DNA of 64,000 nucleotides from positions 11,790,698 through 11,854,697 of the forward strand of contig OZ037765.1 in assembly GCA_964035545.1 (NCBI GenBank). The letters are read 5' to 3'. Both the position numbers and the translations under genes were made by a program. Positions 52,966 through 64,000 of this stretch are shown here, one piece after another. The notes below the pieces were generated by a model that was not told the DNA's origin, searched no databases, and saw only the letters and a list, made by a program, of their open reading frames with translations. How positions within the stretch are numbered: the stretch's first letter is position 1; each line of letters opens with the position of its first letter. This DNA comes from Bugula neritina (lineage: Eukaryota; Animalia; Bryozoa).

Positions 52966-55092
52966 ACTCTGGTACAGCATGCTCAGAAGTCAATCAAGAA
53001 CTCAAGCTCAAACAAATTGCCCTATAAGTGGTCTTTTGAACACACTTCCCAATTTGTTTCTTGTTTAGCTATACTTCATGATAGTCTTAGGGAAATAGGA
53101 ATTTCAGAAACCTTGAAGTCTGAAAATATTAATTTGGCAACAGCATATGCTCAGTTTGAGACTTCATTGAGGGCATTGAATAGTCATAAAGGACCAAATA
53201 GCTCTAGAACATTGTATCAAGAATATGCTAGAAGAAATAATGAAAACAAACTTAAAGGCATGGAATTGCAGTCATGAACAAAGATGAATTTTTACATGCT
53301 TTTATAGACAATATGCAGAGTCGCCTTGAAGGTATGATTCCCTCAGGTTTTCATAGTGAGTCCGAAAAAAGTGATCTGCAACAGATGCTTGCACACTCGA
53401 CTGCGTAGAGCCCATGAAATGGCTGAGTGATCTTGAATTACCATGGTATGATGTAGATATAAGATTAGACACTATCTGCCGAAAATTCTAAATAAAGTGG
53501 ACAAATGATATATTAAAATCATTCAGGGACTTCATAGATAACCCGACTGGTACTCCTAATCTGATTATGTACATTAAAGCTGTTGTTAATTCGATGTCAG
53601 TTAGTAGTAGTGATTGCGAATGCTGATTTAGTGCAATGAATGTTTGCTCAGATTTACGAAACAAACTTTCACTACAGCATATTTCATATTTGGTGTTGAT
53701 ATCATTAGTAGGTCCACCCACTCAGTATGTTAGGAGTTGGCCGACAGCCCATCGATTTGCTTATGACAATCTAACGAAAAAAATTATGTTATGCTGATGA
53801 TGAACGCTACAAACGATTGTGGTCAATATTCAACTCACAGTAAACATAAGTCTATTTGTTCTCTTATACATGCAAAACATTGCACTAGATACCTCTAACA
53901 ATCTTTGTGTTTTTAATATATTTATGTACCCTTTTATCACATTTGGCTAACTACCAATTTTTTGCAGATGCATTTACTTCATCTTGAATTATGCTCTCAT
54001 AAATATAACATTTTCTTCGTATAAAATATAACGTCGTTCTAACCAACATCATAACCAATTTGTGTGCTTTTTAGTCGACTTATTGTCAATCTGAAATCTA
54101 CTTTAAAATCATAACTTTCTAACCTTTTCATGTAGCTAATTCAGCTATCTGATTTTCTTGTAGAAATTTTAGAAAAGCATTTAATCAAGTTGCTTTTACT
54201 GTCTTCAATTTTTTTTGCTTAATTTTTGGGTTTGTTAATGCTGAATTACGAGTGTATGTTAGGTAAACATACACTTTGTAAACAGTTCAGTATAAATACT
54301 TATATGCTAAACATCAAGTTGGTTCTAGACTTTGCCTATAGCCATAATAAATAAAGTACCAAAGCCACTGCTCAGCTCTTTTTTATATGGACTGTAGTGC
54401 CAATCAGGTTTGCTTTGCCATTTATAGCAGCAGTTAGAACTTTCAACCTGTAAGAAATGCGGCCAAACCATAAAACACAGGTTCTGTTACACTGTGAGCA
54501 GTTATATATCATTTAGTTTTTGTTATAAGTCTTTTTTAAACATGGTACATACTTGAATTTATGCCATGATATAACTTGCAAATTATGATGTAAAATATAC
54601 TGCAAAAGCTTTAATTTTGACCTAAGATCCAGAGCTGTGTTTTGCCGCCCTTCCCAGGCAGCCCGAGCCAGGGTTCTCTTTCTTGTTGGCCCAGTGTACC
54701 AGTTGAAATTATCCACCAATACACCACTGGTCATTATATCAATATTCAAAAGTGCTGACATGATATCTAAAAGAGTTATTCTCTCTCAGTGAAGACTAAT
54801 TTCAAAAACTGCTGAAATAACTTTGATTAGAGATTAAAACAGACCTTTGTAACGCTCAATGGAGCATATTTAACTTATCAGTAAATAAATCTGAAAACAT
54901 TTTTTGACAAAACATACAAAAAAATTCTACATGGATACCAAAGCTTCTGCTACATATAAATGTGCAGACATTCATTAAATTTCGATGATAGTTTTTTTCT
55001 CAGGAAACTACTTAGACAAGAGAAGTCATACTTTTGTGTTGAAAAAACTAAACAACTCAACATTAACATTTTTTAAAACATTTATTTTAGGA

Positions 55093-55932
55093 TCAAAAAC
55101 AGCCTTTAACAGATTTTGCTAATGAGTAATATAATTCAGTAGTGGTACTATTAGGATGTTCTACAACAATAGGTGTGCCCGAGTCAGCACATTGTCTAAT
55201 CGTCTTATTAATAGGTATGTCAGCGAGTAAAGGTATGCCAAGTTCTGCTGACAGATTTTCAGCACCATTGTTACCAAATATATCCTCTGTGTGAGAGCAG
55301 TTCGGACATACAAATACACTCATATTCTGTACGATGCCTAAAACTGGAGTGTTAACCTTGCTAAACATTTCTGCACCTTTCCGAGCATCCAACAACGCAA
55401 TATCTTGAGGAGTTGTTACTATGATAGCACCATCTACGTGAATGTTCTGAGAAACTGAAAGCTGCGTGTCTCCAGTGCCAGGAGGCATGTCGACTACCAG
55501 ATACTCAAGTGGCCCCCACTGAACTTTCCGTAACAACTGCTGAATTGCTGACATTACCATCAATCCTCTCCAGATAATGGCAGAATCTTGTTTGACAAGA
55601 AACGCCATTGACATACATTTTACTCCATAGTTCATCAAAGGCAGCATCATTTCTTGCTCATTAAGTTCAGGTGAATCATTTAGGTTCATCATCATGGGCA
55701 GCGAAGGTCCATAAACATCTGCATCTAATAAACCAACTTTACATGTTTGATCTTTGCCACGTAAAGCAACGGCTAGATTTACAGCAGTGGTAGATTTTCC
55801 AACACCACCTTTACCAGAGGCAACTAATATAACTTTATCTACACCAGGAATAGGTAATCGTTTTGGTGTAGGAGGTACCACCTTCTTGGTAGACATTAAT
55901 CTTCGAAATTGGTGGGTAAATCTTTTGCTCAT
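55093..55932 (-). CDS. NUBPL: Mitochondrial Fe-S cluster transfer protein NUBPL/Ind1 (Mrp/NBP35 family), single coding exon
   Basis: Arg-rich presequence-like N-terminus, [54 protein letters not shown] at 55932 is preceded by an acceptor-like TTGTAG near 55941. Confidence 0.95.
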   Translation of the reverse strand: MSKRFTHQFRRLMSTKKVVPPTPKRLPIPGVDKVILVASGKGGVGKSTTAVNLAVALRGKDQTCKVGLLDADVYGPSLPMMMNLNDSPELNEQEMMLPLMNYGVKCMSMAFLVKQDSAIIWRGLMVMSAIQQLLRKVQWGPLEYLVVDMPPGTGDTQLSVSQNIHVDGAIIVTTPQDIALLDARKGAEMFSKVNTPVLGIVQNMSVFVCPNCSHTEDIFGNNGAENLSAELGIPLLADIPINKTIRQCADSGTPIVVEHPNSTTTELYYSLAKSVKGCF

Positions 55933-56359
55933 ATTCACCCCTACAACTTACAGCATAATTAAAACAATTTTATTACATTATAGTGAGTAACAATCAATTA
56001 TAAGAAATTAAACATAATTTACATTTTACACATGTACGTATATACAATAAAAACACTTTAAAAATGTTAACATCTTCCATTAAATTATTATCATTTTAAA
56101 CTCATTTTAAAATATGTTTAGTGAAATATATAGCTAATGTTATAATGTACTGATGTAGCTTATGTAATCGGAGGACTATTTCAGTTGCTGGGACCTACAC
56201 ACTATGAAACCTACAGGATCTTAGGGAGGAGTTTTATAAGTACCTTGAAATTCTCTAGGAAGACAGCATGAAACTAGGAAAAATGAAGCAGTATTATAAA
56301 CAGAACATTCTGGACTCAACACTGTATAGGCCACCACAACAGTGCAATAAATGGCTGAA

Positions 56360-56880
56360 ATAAGAGTAAGAGTAATATTATAATTATCATATAACAATAA
56401 TGAATAATAATTAATATCAATATGGCTTAAACTTTAACTTTAAGTTTAGGTATCATCATCAGTATGAGTATCCTGCTACCAGAACAGGACAAAGCGGAGA
56501 TAGGTGAGAATAGAATCAGTATCAGTGATTAACTAACTCAGTAAATAATACTAATAATAATTGCTAATTATACTTTATAATTATAGACTATAGAGTATAG
56601 ACATAGTTATACTTATCTTATAATTACAGTAACAGTTACAGTGAATCGGAAGAATTTGATACTGATACTCATACTAATATTGATAGTCATACTCATACTC
56701 TTCCAATCTTCTACTTCCAGTCATACTGATACTGTTACTGTCAGTGATACAAATACTAATAGTAACACTAATACTATTACTACTACTAATAGTAATAGAC
56801 ATAGTGATACTGATAGTAATTATTCAAGTTTAATTCAACTTCAACTCAAATTCAAACTTATTAATCTAATAACTCTTTGC
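56360..56880. repeat. Degenerate 6-bp-periodic tract (inferred NUBPL 5'-UTR intron)
   Basis: gatactgatactcatactaatattgatagtcatactcatact (about 56658-56699) and aatactaatagtaacactaatactattact. Confidence 0.7.
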
Positions 56881-56949
56881 ATTTAAAGATTATTTGTTAT
56901 TGTATGCTTGTCACTTAAAGTTAATAATTATGCAATATGGAGGCTTACA

Positions 56950-57320
56950 GCTTATAACCCTAATAGGACTATTATAAAAAAATATTACAATAATATTTAT
57001 ATTAATGCTATAATAATAGCACTACAAAACTTCGAACTCTAGCATTGAAATGCGGAACTAAATTAGCAACATAATAAATCCAAGTTCTTTTCAAATTAAA
57101 AACATATAAAACTTAGAAACTACAAATTTAAAAAATATATATTGAAAAAATTATAAAAACAAACTGAATAAAATAATTGTTGTAAAAACCAAGCACAGCT
57201 TTTTTTGTGTAAATTTGCAGTGTGTTGTTGCTGGAATATTGCATTACACGTTTAAAAAGTTTGTGTTGTCACCGGAAATATACACGACTACATTCACGTA
57301 GCTAGTAGCCGTAGTAAGTT
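56950..57320. promoter_or_regulatory. Inferred divergent promoter NUBPL/SSR2
   Basis: Bounded by donor-like GTAAGC (minus, near 56948) and GTAAGT (plus, 57314); ETS CCGGAA at 57272-57277. Confidence 0.45.
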
Positions 57321-57479
57321 TGCACATGGAATTCTTATTATTTATGTTAGATGCCTCTGCCACCAGTGCATTTAGCTTTTAGTTTTACAGTGGCATGTTC
57401 GTTCATTAGTTTCATTAAATTAAACAACATTTGTTGTCACTAAATACATAGTAAAATATTTGAAGTAAATTTTACATTT

Positions 57480-58380
57480 TATTCATTATATTTAATTGTA
57501 TTATCAATATTATTATTCTATTGACTTTGAGTGTTATACTTATAGTTATACTTGTAGTTATTACTTATTCAGTTATTGCATTTTGATTTAGTAAATGATT
57601 TACTATGTCTATTGTCTATTAGTATTACTATTACTATTAGTATTAGCCGAAACTTTAAAGTGAAACTCCAAGTCAAACTGGCAAACTCAAATAATTATTT
57701 ATTATAAAGTAAAATTTTAAACAATCAACATTAACTGATTAAGCCTTGAGCCTGAGGTATTTAAATTTATATTAATGTATATTTTCTCATCATTTAGTTT
57801 TAAGGGTTATTTTATTATTTCATTTTTAATATAAATTAACCTTGAATTATGACATTGACTAACACTAATACTAGTAATACTAATAGTAATCTGTAATGTA
57901 ATAGTAATACTAATAATATTTGAGTAATATTGATAGTAATAATAATAGTAAATAAGTAACACATACAATTTAGTAATAACTAATTATAACTTAAATTTGA
58001 CGAATAACCTATAACTAATAACACCAAGTCTAACTTTAAGTATGTATTATAATTACATTATTATTATAACTATTAAGTCTATAATTATAAGTACATTTTA
58101 ACTAACTAAATCAAAATGTAACTTAGTGGTACTATTACATTTTCATTTTGATTTACTTTTAGTTTTACTATTACTATATTATTATTAGTATTAGTATCAC
58201 TGTTACGTTAGTGTTAGTAATAGACTTAGTAATACTAATAGTATTAGTATTATTGTTACTGAGGCATTATTAATACTAATATAAATATAAATTTAATAAA
58301 TTGCTCAATTGATTTGGTTGTATATACTATCACAATGAATAATGATAATAATAATGCGTTTTAAGTAAAACTAAATTTAT
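57480..58380. repeat. Degenerate 6-bp-periodic tract (inferred SSR2 5'-UTR intron)
   Basis: ctattagtattactattactattagtattag (about 57616-57646) and ttagtaatactaatagtattagtattatt (about 58226-58254). Confidence 0.7.
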
Positions 58381-58449
58381 TAATGTATTAAATCAATACT
58401 TTTACTTGGTAAACAAATTGAACAGTAGTATTAGGATCTTGATATATAG

Positions 58450-58632
58450 GGAGCAGCCATGGTCTAGGGGTTAGAGCGTTTGCCTAGTAAACATGAGGTC
58501 ATTGGTGATGTTAGGAAGAGAACCCAGTCATAAATGTTCCTGTGCCTCATTTAAATAAGTCCTTAGCCCGCTTTAACAAAAACCCTTTTCATCAGGGGTT
58601 TCTCACAGGGATAGCGACTATAAACTTGCGTG
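58450..58632 (+). mobile_element. tRNA-derived SINE (copy 2) with 23-bp target-site duplication
   Basis: Perfect direct repeat AGTATTAGGATCTTGATATATAG at 58427-58449 and 58633-58655; tRNA-like head ggagcagccatggtctaggggttagagcg. Confidence 0.88.
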
Positions 58633-59370
58633 AGTATTAGGATCTTGATATATAGAATATGATAACTTTCCACTAATGCCTTTTTCTCTAGGCTCTATTT
58701 TTCATTCCTACCTTCCAGGCATACTAATAAGGCTAACTTAATTGTAAAATTTGGGTTGGTTCTTCAAAACTAAGGTCCTAAAACATTGAAAGCTTTTAAA
58801 AACCATAGTTTTACAAAGTCTCACGAATATAGTAATGCAAATCTCTAAGATCGTAGTGTTGAGATAAAAGGAACTGCAGTATCTTTGTTGTGGGTAACTC
58901 AGCTGTTTGGAAAAGTTGACTTTTCCACCTTGTGATTAAAAGCTAGTCAGATTACCCAGTCTACGCATTACTTTACTTTTCTAAAGCCTTTTGCTCATCA
59001 AATAGGTCTAGCTATAAGGAATGAATGGTTGGTAATTTGTGAATACCTGTTCCTAATTAATATATGTGCAGCTGCCATATTATAAATTTATGATTAATGT
59101 CTTAATTGAAATGTTTAGTGTATCTGTGTAATCTTTGTGAAAGGAGTCAAGATTATTCTCCATTGTATTGATATGGCAAGACAATTATGTTTGTGCTTAT
59201 GTTCATATCATCCGAATAACCAGTTGAGTTATTCTTATATGATACTAGAGAAAAGCATATCTAAATTATAACATGGTCATCAGCTTCAGACTTTTTTGAC
59301 AAAAGAATTATTAAAGTGAGATTTGAGACATAATGGATGGTTGAAAATTTTTGTTCAATTGTAGGTCAAC

Positions 59371-60407
59371 ATGCATTCACTCGCTCTCTTGGCACTTTTA
59401 ATTGGCTCATCAGTAATTACCGCACAAGATGATGTCTCTGCTAATTTGCTAGTATCCAAAACTATCCTGAACAAATATGTTGTCCAACATAAAGATATTA
59501 CTGTAGAATACAACATATATAATGTAGGAGATGGGTAAGCATTTTTTATTTCTAATTAGTTGCAGAATAATTTTCCTTGGTTTGTAATACTTGCACATTG
59601 TGTAACACTTCATAACTTCCAATGTATTAATTCGAATGTAATTGTTATAAAATATTTTTATAAACTTGTTTCGCCAGGAAATATTGTATATAAAAAGGCA
59701 TTTGTTATTTAGGCCTGCACACAATGTCTTGCTACGTGATGCAACATTCCCTCCATCTGATTTCAAAGTAATTGCTGGTATGCCAGAAGCCAAGTGGGAT
59801 GTCATTGCTGCTGGTGCCAATGTAACCCATGCTCTTGTTGTGGAGCCACACAGACCAGGATACTTCAACTTCTCCTCCGCTGACATTACTTACAAGACAA
59901 TTGAGAACACCGATGAGGTTCAGGTGAGTTTTCATCTTGTAATTGCAGAAGAAAACATTTAATTTGCTACTTTGCAAGTTATCCAGTTTAAACTATTTCA
60001 ATATATATACATATCATGATGTTGTGTCTTTATTTGCAGATTGGATACAGTTCAGCACCTGGTGAAGGAGCTATCTATGGCTTGGAAGATTATGAACGAG
60101 TTTTCTCTCCTCACATAGTAAGATTATTACCATTATAAATCCCTCATTGTTTTAAAAAATAAAATCTTCTAGCTGTTCTACATTAGGTTTACTACATTAT
60201 AATGTATCATTTTCTAAGTTGTCATACATAAACAGAAATTTACATTGCATGTCTATTTAGAAAAATTCTTGATCACTTGCATTTGTCTTGTTATTGTAGG
60301 CGGATTGGGCAGTAATTGCTTTGATGACCGTGCCAACTCTTGCATTTCCATACTTCTTGTGGCTGAAAAGCCATACACAATACAGTGGAAAGAGCAAGAG
60401 AAGCTAA
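59371..60407 (+). CDS. SSR2: Translocon-associated protein subunit beta (TRAP-beta)
   Basis: Exons 59371-59534, 59713-59923, 60040-60117, 60300-60407. Signal peptide, LLVSKTILNKY..KDITVEYNIYNVG, GYFNFSSADITY, GYSSAPGEG, FSPHIADW, C-terminal TM segment. Confidence 0.95.
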
Positions 60408-60700
60408 TTTCCAAATATAGTTCTTAGTATAAATTGTACACAGAGTCCTTATTTGCATTAATATAGTTGTTATAAAACTATTGATACATTTTATATTTTC
60501 ACTTTCAATTGTAAAGTAGCTAGTAAATATTAACCAGTTAATAAATTGTCTCTACTCTCCCAAAGTATTTGTTTAAAAACATGAACTGTATTATACATGA
60601 ACAGATTGAGGAGAATAGTTTTAAAAATTAGATAGAGACTTGTTTAAAAACAGCACTACAAAATCAGCAATGCTAACAAAGTTTTTTATAGGGCTATTGT

Positions 60701-63700
60701 TTATTTTATCTGAGAATCCTGCCTTGATATAAACTTCTCAATCTCGGCTATTATATGACTTTGTTTGGCTTCCAAAACCTGTAATGCAATTTTGACCAGG
60801 TTTACCAACAACAATAAAATATATCACCAAGAAAAGCAATGATAAATTATTTTTTGATAAAATGTATGCAAGATTTTATATTATAATAGCATGACTCTTG
60901 CCATATCCACATATTGCAGCTCAAATATTAATGGTATAGGAAAGAGCTGTAGTTGATCATTTACCTCTGTATGAATTCGAGGAAGTGCTACATCTTCTGC
61001 CAAACGATGATGTTTTTTGGGGAAATCTGATAAGGTCAATGCATTGGCCATGAGATCATGAGGCTTTGAAGTAGCAGAGCTTTTCTGAATGTCAAAACTA
61101 TCCAGAATAACTTCAGAAAATTTTGAAAAATGAGCTGTAGCAGCTATTACTACTGGTACTTCACTGCCCAATGACAACTGATCAGCTACATTTTTGGCTA
61201 CACCTGTGTGTGGATCCATCAAGTAGCCTAAAAATCATGATCATGATTTATATTGAGCATTTGTCAGAATAGTAAAATGCACTAATAATTAATAATGTAA
61301 ACTCAATGATATTAACAAGAGAGAATAACAGTTATATGCCATAAAATACTTGCCAGTTCGTTTGAAAACATCTTTTATTGTATGGAGACTTTCATCACTA
61401 GAGCACCATCCAGTCAAAAAATCTTGTTGAATAGTTTGAAACAGCTATAACAAAAGTGAAACTTGAGCATGCACAAGAAATATTTGATATACAGTACATC
61501 AGGATAGTTATAAGATACGAAAAAAATTATAAAAACTTTTTTCCATTATTATTCTATAATTTAGTCACTTTTACAAACCAACCCATAAAATTGACTGGAA
61601 TATTTTCCTCTTTGATGTGACATCAGGACAAAACGTCAGCTTAACATGTGAGAAGCCTCGAGTAAATTTAAAAGAACATTGGTGAAGTGTTAAAAGGCAC
61701 AACGGACTATGTTTCTTTCCAGTTGGCTTTAAATGTTGGTGAAAAAAACCATAGTGCATCTTTAAAAAATGCAGCAAATGATAGCACCAAGATATATTTG
61801 TATTAAAGAAACATAAGTGCAGTAAAACTACTTTACCATAATTTATACATTGAATAGTTAAGAAGACAGGCTATAATTGTATTAACTAATTTTCTTACTT
61901 CACTTTTACAACCAATCTCAAACTTCTGGTGTTTTTGCAGATCATCAAACAGATTGGCTGTTGAAATCCTCTTTTTACCAGCTTCAAAGATGTATCTCTC
62001 TAAATTTGAAGACTTCAGTATATCAATAGCTGGTGATGCTGTTTTATGAAGCTAAAAAAATTGTTAATGAGAACTTGACAGAATATTATGTTGACGAATG
62101 CGATTATTTGAGTGTGTATAAATTTATGAATATTAAACCCATAACTTTACAATGATATTTTCATTGAATGCAAAAATATTTACTACTAATATGCATATGA
62201 TAACTTTAACTTTTCTCAACATTAATAAAGATGCAGGGTTGTAGATGTAAACTTACAACTCTAGTTGAAATGTTGTACTCTCCACAAGAAAAAAAATCAT
62301 GGACTACGTTGTTTTCATTACATGCTACGACCAAATTTCTGATAGGGATCCCCATTTTCTAAAATTTACAATATAAAACATGTTAACAAAAACTATTCAT
62401 CAGGTAGAATAATGCATGTTTCACAGTAAAACATTGAGTAGAGCAAGTCAACAGCTGTTCTGCCAAGAGATTGCTGTTGAATCATAGAATAGAGATTATT
62501 GGTTAAAATGAGTAGCACAATGACTGTGCTTTTGTGTATAACTTATGCGAACAATAAAATATGCCCATTGCATACTGATGTGGCTAAAATAGGTCTAAAA
62601 TTTACTATCTACCTTCGCGTAGTATGCACCAAGAATGTTGCCAAAGTTTCCTGTAGGTACACATACATCAATTAGTTGTCCCATAGGTATGTGTCCATGT
62701 TTTACCATTAGGAGGTAAGAAAATGCATGGTAAACAATCTGTGGTAAGAGGCGAGCAAAGTTGATGGAATTAGCAGAGCTGAAACATACCAAGACATTAA
62801 GAAGTTGATAGTAGGTAAAATGGCAAGCCTGTTAGCTTTTTACTAGCCACTTCTTATGAAATAATGCTTGCAAAACATAAAATAAATTTGATTTTTTGGT
62901 TTACTCAATGTAAAATTTTAGTTTAGTCTCTTCAAAGAGCAGACATAAATGTAAAAAACTATGAGCACCAATACTAGCAAAACTCTATTATATTTTTCTA
63001 AAACAATATTTATTCAACACAACAAGTTTCAAGTCAAAATTGAAATGAAGCACAATCCCATAAGGTTTTTATATTAAATAGCAGTGAAATTGAATGAAAG
63101 AAAATCGTACTAAAATGTTTTAATACTTAAGGACTATTAAACTCATACATACCTTAACCGATATCCAAACTTATCAGCATATAACGATTCTAATTCCTTA
63201 TTTTCAAATATGCTTTTTATAGCACTTTGACAAAAGTCAAAATCTCCTTTAATTCCTGCAAATGTAACCAAAAGTCATAAGAAAATGTCCCTATTTACAA
63301 ATATGGTATGACATTATAATACAAAAATAGTCGCACAATTTTAGGCATAAATATTTACCATTGGCATAAAAATGAGAAGTGCACCTATCAATAGTTGTCA
63401 AGTGCCCCTATTTACTGCAATACTATTTTCATCTTATAAAAGCATAACTAGCTTTGAAGTAGGTGTTTTACATGAACAGTGATTAGTGTATAGCCAGTTG
63501 GGAAAGATAACATTAATTAGTCACTATACAAATAATTGGTAAAATTCTTGTAATAATTAGCTTCAAGGTAAAAAACTACAAGTAATTAACCACATACCAC
63601 AGGTTTTTTTCTAAAAATTAATTTTTGCATCCTAATGGTTTATATTCAAGGATTCAGTTTAAAAAAAAATTGAAATTCATCGCGTCAAAACTCTATAAAC

Positions 63701-63832
63701 ACTCTGAAAAACATCTTGAGACTTGATACATACCTAAAGCCTTACAATTAGGATGATCGAAACTGGTTAATTGGGCTTTTTGAATAGAACTTATGCCATC
63801 TTCAGGAAATAGTACTATCACATCAGTGTTGT
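60701..63832 (-). CDS. THNSL1: Threonine synthase-like 1, C-terminal part (5' end outside window)
   Basis: Approximate exons 63832-63734, 63255-63153, 62778-62633, 62358-62257, 62051-61898, 61444-61350, 61227-60965, 60778-60701. GDFDFCQ, SSANSINFARLLPQIVYH, VCVPTGNFGNI, MGIPIRNL, SPAIDILKSSNLER, DPHTGVA, ATAHFSKF. Confidence 0.9.
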
Positions 63833-64000
63833 CTACAACAAAAGTTTGTGTTACAATTAACTGCAACTGTGCATCTAGTGGAGTTGTTCGTACAACTTTA
63901 GATAGATAGGATCACTCTGCAAACACTGCACTTCTATTGCTTTAAACTATGCAAATGAATTTTTCATTCGATGTTTGAGAAGAGTTGCATCGAATGAAAC

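Larger units (their letters stand above)
44930..53830 (+). pseudogene. Decayed hAT transposase (KIAA1586/ZNF862-like), split into three pieces by later insertions
   Basis: 44930-45798: QYPWL, RCAYHIAKLDRPYS..ELNG..G.SLHS, CSDGASTMVGKSSGV, C..H.ELAVNDAVKSIGQTNHVK. 47963-48131: FLNKLYSLYNQP..REIGRI..AASSFQTV. 52966-53830: FVSCLAILHDSLRE and dimerisation domain SSSDCEC*FSAMNVCSDLRNKLSLQHISYLVLISLVGPP..YVRSW. Many stops and frameshifts; TIRs not identified. Confidence 0.82.

Noticed and set aside
59449-59977. Antisense ORFs over SSR2 (similar ones over the LINE, gypsy and NUBPL)
   Set aside because: Shadow frames of real coding sequence.

Overview
AT-rich, gene-dense animal (invertebrate, probably lophotrochozoan; taxon not determinable) genomic DNA with spliceosomal introns. 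Nine host genes reconstruct by hand: DDX21/50-like helicase (-, runs off the left end), a MARVEL-domain protein (+), ABRACL/Costars (-), ARPC2 (+), C16orf87/UPF0547 (-), SLC12A8 (-), an intronless-CDS NUBPL (-), SSR2 (+) and THNSL1 (-, runs off the right end). Most are arranged as divergent and tightly convergent pairs. A transposon island at about 41-54 kb holds a decayed PHD-ORF1 LINE and a decayed KIAA1586/ZNF862-type hAT transposase. Inserted into that transposase are a young full-length Ty3/gypsy element (328-bp LTRs, 5-bp TSD) and a Russian-doll stack of non-autonomous DNA elements. There are also tRNA-derived SINEs and several fold-back elements. The most unusual signal is that all eight genes whose 5' end lies in the window carry a 0.4-1.2 kb degenerate 6-bp-periodic tract (A[G/C]T every 6 nt). 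It lies between the inferred promoter and the start codon, mostly right after the first non-coding exon, and I did not see it in coding-region introns or in the TE island. All coordinates were read by eye; no searches were run.
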